Assembly (NCBI GenBank): GCA_964468345.1
Contig: CAYXVZ010000024.1
Span: 2,632 to 66,631, forward strand
DNA: 64,000 nt
Direction of reading: 5' to 3'
Source of the DNA: an uncultured Heliobacteriaceae bacterium
GTDB taxonomy: Bacteria; Acidobacteriota; Blastocatellia; RBC074
Shown: piece after piece, positions 59,197 to 64,000 of the stretch
How the letters are laid out: every line of letters begins with the position of its first letter
How positions within the stretch are numbered: the stretch's first letter is position 1
Made by a program: the position numbers and the translations under genes
The notes under the pieces: generated by a model
What the model saw: the letters and a program-made list of their open reading frames with translations, nothing else
Told to the model about the DNA's origin: nothing
Database searches by the model: none

Positions 59197-62100
59197 TTAT
59201 TTTTTTTCTCCGAGGCTCGCCCATTCCCCGGAAACGATGAAACTCGCCCAATAAAAAGGATGGCGCCGGCGCGGATCTTTCAGCATCTGCAGCTGCACCT
59301 TTCGCATGGCTTCGCTGCGGCCTTCGCCCGCCTGCAGCCGTTTGTAATAGCCAATCATCAGGTCGCGGGTCGCGCGATCGCTGACGGGCCACAGGCTCAT
59401 CACCTGGGTTTCCGCGCCGGCCAGCACCAGAGCGCGCCGCAGGCCATAGACGCCTTCGCCCGTGCGGACTTCTCCCACGCCTGTTTCGCAGGCCGAGAGC
59501 ACGACGAGCTTCGTGCCGGACAGATCCATGCCCGCGACTTCGAGCGCCGTCAGAATGCCGTCGTCCTCCCGATTGGGGCCGCTCTTCCGCAGATTGGCGC
59601 CGGCCAGCCCCAGGCCGGATCGAAGAAGCGGATTATCGAACTCCGACCCGAGCGAAAGCGGGCCGCCCATTTGTTGCAAAAGCTTTCGCCTTTGTTCGGC
59701 GCCGACGTCCTCGACCGGCTTGTCCGCCAGAAAGAAGCCATGGGTTGCGATATGCAACAGACGCGGCGCCGCCATCTGCTTGATCGCGGATTCGGTGGCC
59801 TGCGCGCCGGTCAGCACGGTGGCTTCCGGCAAGAGCGTATTCAGCGCTTTGGCTTCCTGCGCCGTCGCCTTGAGCGGCGTGAAATAGGCTTCGGTTAAAT
59901 CGAATACTCCCGCGCGGGTTGCCTCTTTACGAACCGCCGGTTTCTCGCCGAAGTCCGGATTGGCGACGATGACCGGCTTGCCCGCGGCCATGGGTTCATT
60001 TTGTGCTCGCAGCAGGTCGCGGCCGCTGCTCAAATAGGTGAAAGAAAAACGCTCGGCAAGATAGCGGGTTTGCTCATCGAGAAGCGCGGCGAAGGGGACG
60101 AGATGCAGCGAACCATCCGGCGCGAGTAATACATTCCGCACATTGCCGAGAAGCTGCCGCAGCGGCTGCATGATTTGTTGATCCAGGGCCCGCGCCCGTT
60201 TTCTGACATCCGCCGAACGCGGATTGTTGATCGCCGTTCGAAATCGCGCGATCGATTGATCGATGACGGCGGCATCGCCCAGGTCCGTCCATTTCGGATC
60301 GCCTTGCGCGAATAATAGATACGCCGCATAGCGCGCTTTCCCGCGTTCGTCGGTGCGAGCATCGAAGGGGCGATAGGACACGAATTCGACCAGCGCCGCA
60401 TTTTCAGGAATCGCCCGTTGCACCGCTTCGATCGATACGGGTTTCAGGGAATCGAACAGGCCGGCGCTGTGCTGGCTGAGTTCGGATTCGATCTTTTCCT
60501 TTTCTTCTTCCAGGGCCCTGATCCGCGTGCGGAAGGCGGATGCATTCTGCGATTCCATTCCGCGAAAGGTCAGCGTTGCGATTTGCGAAACCGTTCGGGT
60601 ATAGCGATCGAACCGTTCCCGGTCGTTCGGATCGGCGCGCCGTCGCAGCCGCAGCGTGGCATCGCTCAGCGTTTCGAGATCCCGGCCCTTCCGCTGCAAG
60701 AGGCTGGTGAGCGCGATGCGGCCGGCTCGCGCATCGGTCGGCGCATATTGTTGATGCAGGGAAATCGTTTGATAGGTTTCATCCAGAAAGATCGATAGAA
60801 AGGCGGCTTTTTGTCGCGCTGACCCTCCGAGGATGTTCAGCGCAAGGTTTTGCTCGCTGGCCGAGATCGCGCGGGCCTGCAAGTCGATCGCCTCCTTGAG
60901 TTCGCCCTTCGCCGCGTGGATTCTGGCCAGCCTGTCGAGCAGATGCGCGGTGTTGGGATGGTTCACTCCCGAGGATTTTTCGTAAATTGCCAATGCGCGT
61001 CGATAAAGCGCCTCGGTTTCCTTTAAATCGCCGCGCTGGAACGCGAGGTTGGCCCTGATTTCAAACGATGGCGCAAGATTCGCGTTCTCAGGCCCGAGCG
61101 CCTTTTCATAGATGGATTCCGCGCGAATCGCCAACTCTTCCGCCTTGTCCATTTTTCCGATTCGCTTGTAATAGTTCGAAAGATTGGTCAACGACTGCGC
61201 CACGACGGGATGATTCGGCCCCAGGGACTTTTCGCGAATCTCCAGCGAACGCAGCAGCGCCGCCTCCGCCTGCGCGTTATCGCCTTTCGAGACATAGAGG
61301 ATTCCGAGGTTATTCAGGGAGAAGGCTACATCGGGATGCGTCGGGCCCAGTCTCTTTTCCCGGATCTTCAGCGCGCGTTCATGCATCGCTTCCGCCTTTT
61401 CCAGGTCCTGTTTGACCTGATAGAGCGAAGCGAGATTGTTCAAAGAGTATGCGACCATCGGGTTATCGGGGCCGAAGGCTTTCTCGCGAATTTCAAGCGC
61501 GCGTAAATTATAGGCCTCGGCTTTGACGTAATCGCCTTTTTCATACGAGATGATGGCAAGGTTGTTGAGCGTGACCGCGATATCGGGATGGTTTGGGGTG
61601 AGCGCCTGTTCGCGAATCTGCAGGGCGCGCAGATGCAGCGGTTCCGCGGCGGCGAGGTCTCCCTGATCGCCACGCAGGTTGCCAATGCTGTTGAGCGAGA
61701 AGGCGACGTCAGGGTGCGTCGGCCCCAGCGCCTGTTCGCGAATCGCGAGCGCCCTCTGATAAAGCGGTTCGGCTCTCGCATACTCTCCGCGATCGTGATA
61801 GAGCACCGCCAGATTGCTCAGGGATTGCGCGATGTCCGGATGATCCGGCTTGAGGGACTTTTCGCGGATGGCCAGCGCGCGCAGGTAATGCTCCTCCGCC
61901 TTTGCGAAATCGCCGGTCGTTCGATAAAGAACCGCGAGATTGTTCAGCGTATTGGCGACATCCGGATGGTCCGGGCCCAGATTCGTTTCCCTGATCTGCA
62001 GGGCGCGTCGATATAAGGGCTCTGCGTTCTCATATTCGCCTTTCTGCCGCGACAGGATCGCCAGGGCATTCAACGATTCCGCAACGCTCGTGTGGTTCGG

Positions 62101-62493
62101 TCCCAGGGCGGTTTCACGAATTTTCAGGGCTCGCTGATGCAGCGCCTGTGCGCCGGGGATGTCGCCTTTTGTCTGAAGGTACAGGGTGCCGAGCAGATTC
62201 AGCGCCTGTGCGATATCAGGATGATCCGGGCCCAGGACTTTTTCCCTCATCCGCAATGCCTGTTCCGCCAATGGGAATGCATCTTTGAGCTTTCCCGCGC
62301 GCCATAACTGATTCGCTTCCTGAAAGATCTTATTGGCCTGCTGTAACGATGCCTCGTCCCCCGTTTGAGACGCGTTTTGTTGCCCCTGTCCGGATGCGAT
62401 GAAGGCAGTGCCGGGCCACCCGATCAGCAGACAAAAAAACAGGCAGAATAGAAAGCCGGGGATCGATTTACGAGGCGTTCTTGGGCAGGTCAT
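59197..62493 (-). CDS. TPR-repeat (TPR_10/12, kinesin-light-chain-like) protein with a C-terminal CHAT (caspase-like) protease domain
   Basis: About 10 tandem 42-aa TPR units with the recurring A(L/E)xxxxRAL(A/K)IREKxLGPDHPD(V/I)A motif. C-terminal CHAT domain with a His/Cys dyad (LLHIATHGFF, LVVLSACETGVG). N-terminal signal/TM. Confidence 0.8.
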   Translation of the reverse strand: MTCPRTPRKSIPGFLFCLFFCLLIGWPGTAFIASGQGQQNASQTGDEASLQQANKIFQEANQLWRAGKLKDAFPLAEQALRMREKVLGPDHPDIAQALNLLGTLYLQTKGDIPGAQALHQRALKIRETALGPNHTSVAESLNALAILSRQKGEYENAEPLYRRALQIRETNLGPDHPDVANTLNNLAVLYRTTGDFAKAEEHYLRALAIREKSLKPDHPDIAQSLSNLAVLYHDRGEYARAEPLYQRALAIREQALGPTHPDVAFSLNSIGNLRGDQGDLAAAEPLHLRALQIREQALTPNHPDIAVTLNNLAIISYEKGDYVKAEAYNLRALEIREKAFGPDNPMVAYSLNNLASLYQVKQDLEKAEAMHERALKIREKRLGPTHPDVAFSLNNLGILYVSKGDNAQAEAALLRSLEIREKSLGPNHPVVAQSLTNLSNYYKRIGKMDKAEELAIRAESIYEKALGPENANLAPSFEIRANLAFQRGDLKETEALYRRALAIYEKSSGVNHPNTAHLLDRLARIHAAKGELKEAIDLQARAISASEQNLALNILGGSARQKAAFLSIFLDETYQTISLHQQYAPTDARAGRIALTSLLQRKGRDLETLSDATLRLRRRADPNDRERFDRYTRTVSQIATLTFRGMESQNASAFRTRIRALEEEKEKIESELSQHSAGLFDSLKPVSIEAVQRAIPENAALVEFVSYRPFDARTDERGKARYAAYLLFAQGDPKWTDLGDAAVIDQSIARFRTAINNPRSADVRKRARALDQQIMQPLRQLLGNVRNVLLAPDGSLHLVPFAALLDEQTRYLAERFSFTYLSSGRDLLRAQNEPMAAGKPVIVANPDFGEKPAVRKEATRAGVFDLTEAYFTPLKATAQEAKALNTLLPEATVLTGAQATESAIKQMAAPRLLHIATHGFFLADKPVEDVGAEQRRKLLQQMGGPLSLGSEFDNPLLRSGLGLAGANLRKSGPNREDDGILTALEVAGMDLSGTKLVVLSACETGVGEVRTGEGVYGLRRALVLAGAETQVMSLWPVSDRATRDLMIGYYKRLQAGEGRSEAMRKVQLQMLKDPRRRHPFYWASFIVSGEWASLGEKK

Positions 62494-62758
62494 CAGATTC
62501 TCCGTTTAATTCATGTTTGTCGTTCTTCCTTCTTCGTGACAAACGGCTTCGGCTCGGAATCGAACTTAGGCTACGAGAAAACGCCGGCAATGTCTATTTC
62601 GGTTCCCGGAAAAAATTTTTCTCCCGATTGGCATTTTGAAAAGACGAATCCGCTTTATCCAGTGAAGGGTGAAAAGGGCGAGTGCATGGCGCGGCCAGAT
62701 GCACGAAAGCAGATCCCATTTTCCCATCGTCGTTCAGCTTGTTAACAGGAGGCAACTT

Positions 62759-63913
62759 ATGCGTTTCTTTTTTGTTCTCTCTCTCATCATACTTTTACTG
62801 ATGGGTTCGACGCCCGTTCGGCGGGCGCAGGAAAAGCGGTCGATTCCTCCGCCGGATCTCGAAGAATGCGGTTCCCGGCCGACGCAGCGGCAACGCGAAG
62901 CTGAGATGGAGCGCCTGGCGGCGGCTTCGCTGGCGGCGCCGGAACAGATCGCGCCCCCGACAGGCGCGCCTTATTATCTGCCGCTCTCGATTCATATCGT
63001 TCGCGCCAGCAATGGCACGGGCGGATTGTCCGAAGCCGATCTGTATGCCTCGGTGGACAACCTCAATCGGCTTTGGCGGCCGATGGGCGTGCAGTTTTTC
63101 GTTTTCGGGGCGATCGATTACATCAACAATGACGGATTGCTGAGCATCCCGGACAATCAGGCAAATCAGGATGCACTGCGGCAGGTCAATCCCGTTGCGA
63201 ATACCATCAATGTGTATTTCACGGGTCTCGTAGGGCTGAATGGACAGGGCTCGTTCACGGGGGATACATTTCAGGGCATTTTGATGAATCAGAATATTTG
63301 CACGCTGGTCTCCGCTCCCGCGAGCGCAAACCTTTCCACCTTCGCGCATGAGATGGGACATTACTTCGATCTATACCACACGCATGAAGACTGGCGGGAT
63401 GACAAAGGTCAGCCGACGGCAATCGAATGTCCGAGCGGCAACAACTGCACGACGAACGGTGATCTGGTTTGCGATACGCCGGCCGATCCGAATCTCTCCG
63501 GGCGCGTCATTGGCGCCTGCGCCTATAACAATTCCGCGGCCCTGCCGGGGATGTGTGATAAAACACCCTATAATCCGCCGGTGCGCAATATCATGTCTTA
63601 TTCCACAGGCGATTGCCGCACCGAATTCACCGCGGGGCAGATTCAACGGACGCTGCGCACGCTGCGCGACACCGCCAACCGGCGCAATCTGATCATCAAT
63701 GGCGCTCGCTATGTCGATCCGCTCGCCAGCCGGAATAATGGCGATTGCAGCTATAACTTCCCCTGTCATTCCATTCCCAAGGCCGTCGGCCTCGCTCTGA
63801 ACGGGGATTTCATCTTCATCAAGCCAGGCAGCTATATCGAGCCCGGCGTCAGCGGCAAACGTGTGACCTTGCGAACCTGGGGCAATGCGGGGAGCGTCTT
63901 CATCCGGCCGTAG
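62759..63913 (+). CDS. Secreted M43-family (pappalysin/cytophagalysin-like) zinc metallopeptidase
   Basis: Signal peptide MRFFFVLSLIILLLMGSTPVRRA. Metzincin motif HEMGHYFDLYH (HExxHxxxxxH) in an M43-like context (...DLYHTHED...). AGGAGG Shine-Dalgarno before the ATG at 62759; the ORF's upstream 30 aa are rejected. Confidence 0.65.
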   Translation: MRFFFVLSLIILLLMGSTPVRRAQEKRSIPPPDLEECGSRPTQRQREAEMERLAAASLAAPEQIAPPTGAPYYLPLSIHIVRASNGTGGLSEADLYASVDNLNRLWRPMGVQFFVFGAIDYINNDGLLSIPDNQANQDALRQVNPVANTINVYFTGLVGLNGQGSFTGDTFQGILMNQNICTLVSAPASANLSTFAHEMGHYFDLYHTHEDWRDDKGQPTAIECPSGNNCTTNGDLVCDTPADPNLSGRVIGACAYNNSAALPGMCDKTPYNPPVRNIMSYSTGDCRTEFTAGQIQRTLRTLRDTANRRNLIINGARYVDPLASRNNGDCSYNFPCHSIPKAVGLALNGDFIFIKPGSYIEPGVSGKRVTLRTWGNAGSVFIRP

Positions 63914-64000
63914 CCCTGAATGAAAGAACTCCATGGATGGATCGCCCTCGGATGCGGGCGGCGGAAAATCGCACAGAGCAGCGAAGCCGCAACCAAAGGA

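Overview
High-GC chromosomal segment that reads as Acidobacteria-like, judged from the many CarboxypepD_reg/TonB-dependent-receptor-like outer membrane proteins ending in a C-terminal Phe and from Tat and lipoprotein signal peptides. The window is dominated by a phosphate-starvation (Pho-type) gene island: a pstS-pstC-pstA-pstB-pstB' operon, an OlsB-like acyltransferase, a GlpT/UhpC-like MFS transporter, phosphonatase PhnX, a PhnZ-like HD oxygenase, a TIGR03364-like FAD amine oxidase, four large TBDR-like proteins, a phytase-like beta-propeller protein, an S1/P1 nuclease, a beta-propeller/PlcN-AcpA phosphoesterase fusion, Tat-PhoX, and a PHP-phosphoesterase/GT4 glycosyltransferase module. The 5' end carries a putative photosensory pair (a membrane TPR protein with a CarH-type B12-binding domain next to a protein with two tandem PYP-like domains), a LysR/SDR divergent pair and an ATL (alkyltransferase-like) gene fused onto the pst operon. 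The 3' end carries a TPR-CHAT protein divergent from an M43 metallopeptidase. There is one IS1182/IS5-like insertion sequence with an adjacent complex palindrome. Intergenic space is saturated with at least four families of small palindromic MITE/REP-like repeats (about 15 copies), several sitting exactly at TBDR stop codons. No rRNA, tRNA or CRISPR array was recognised.
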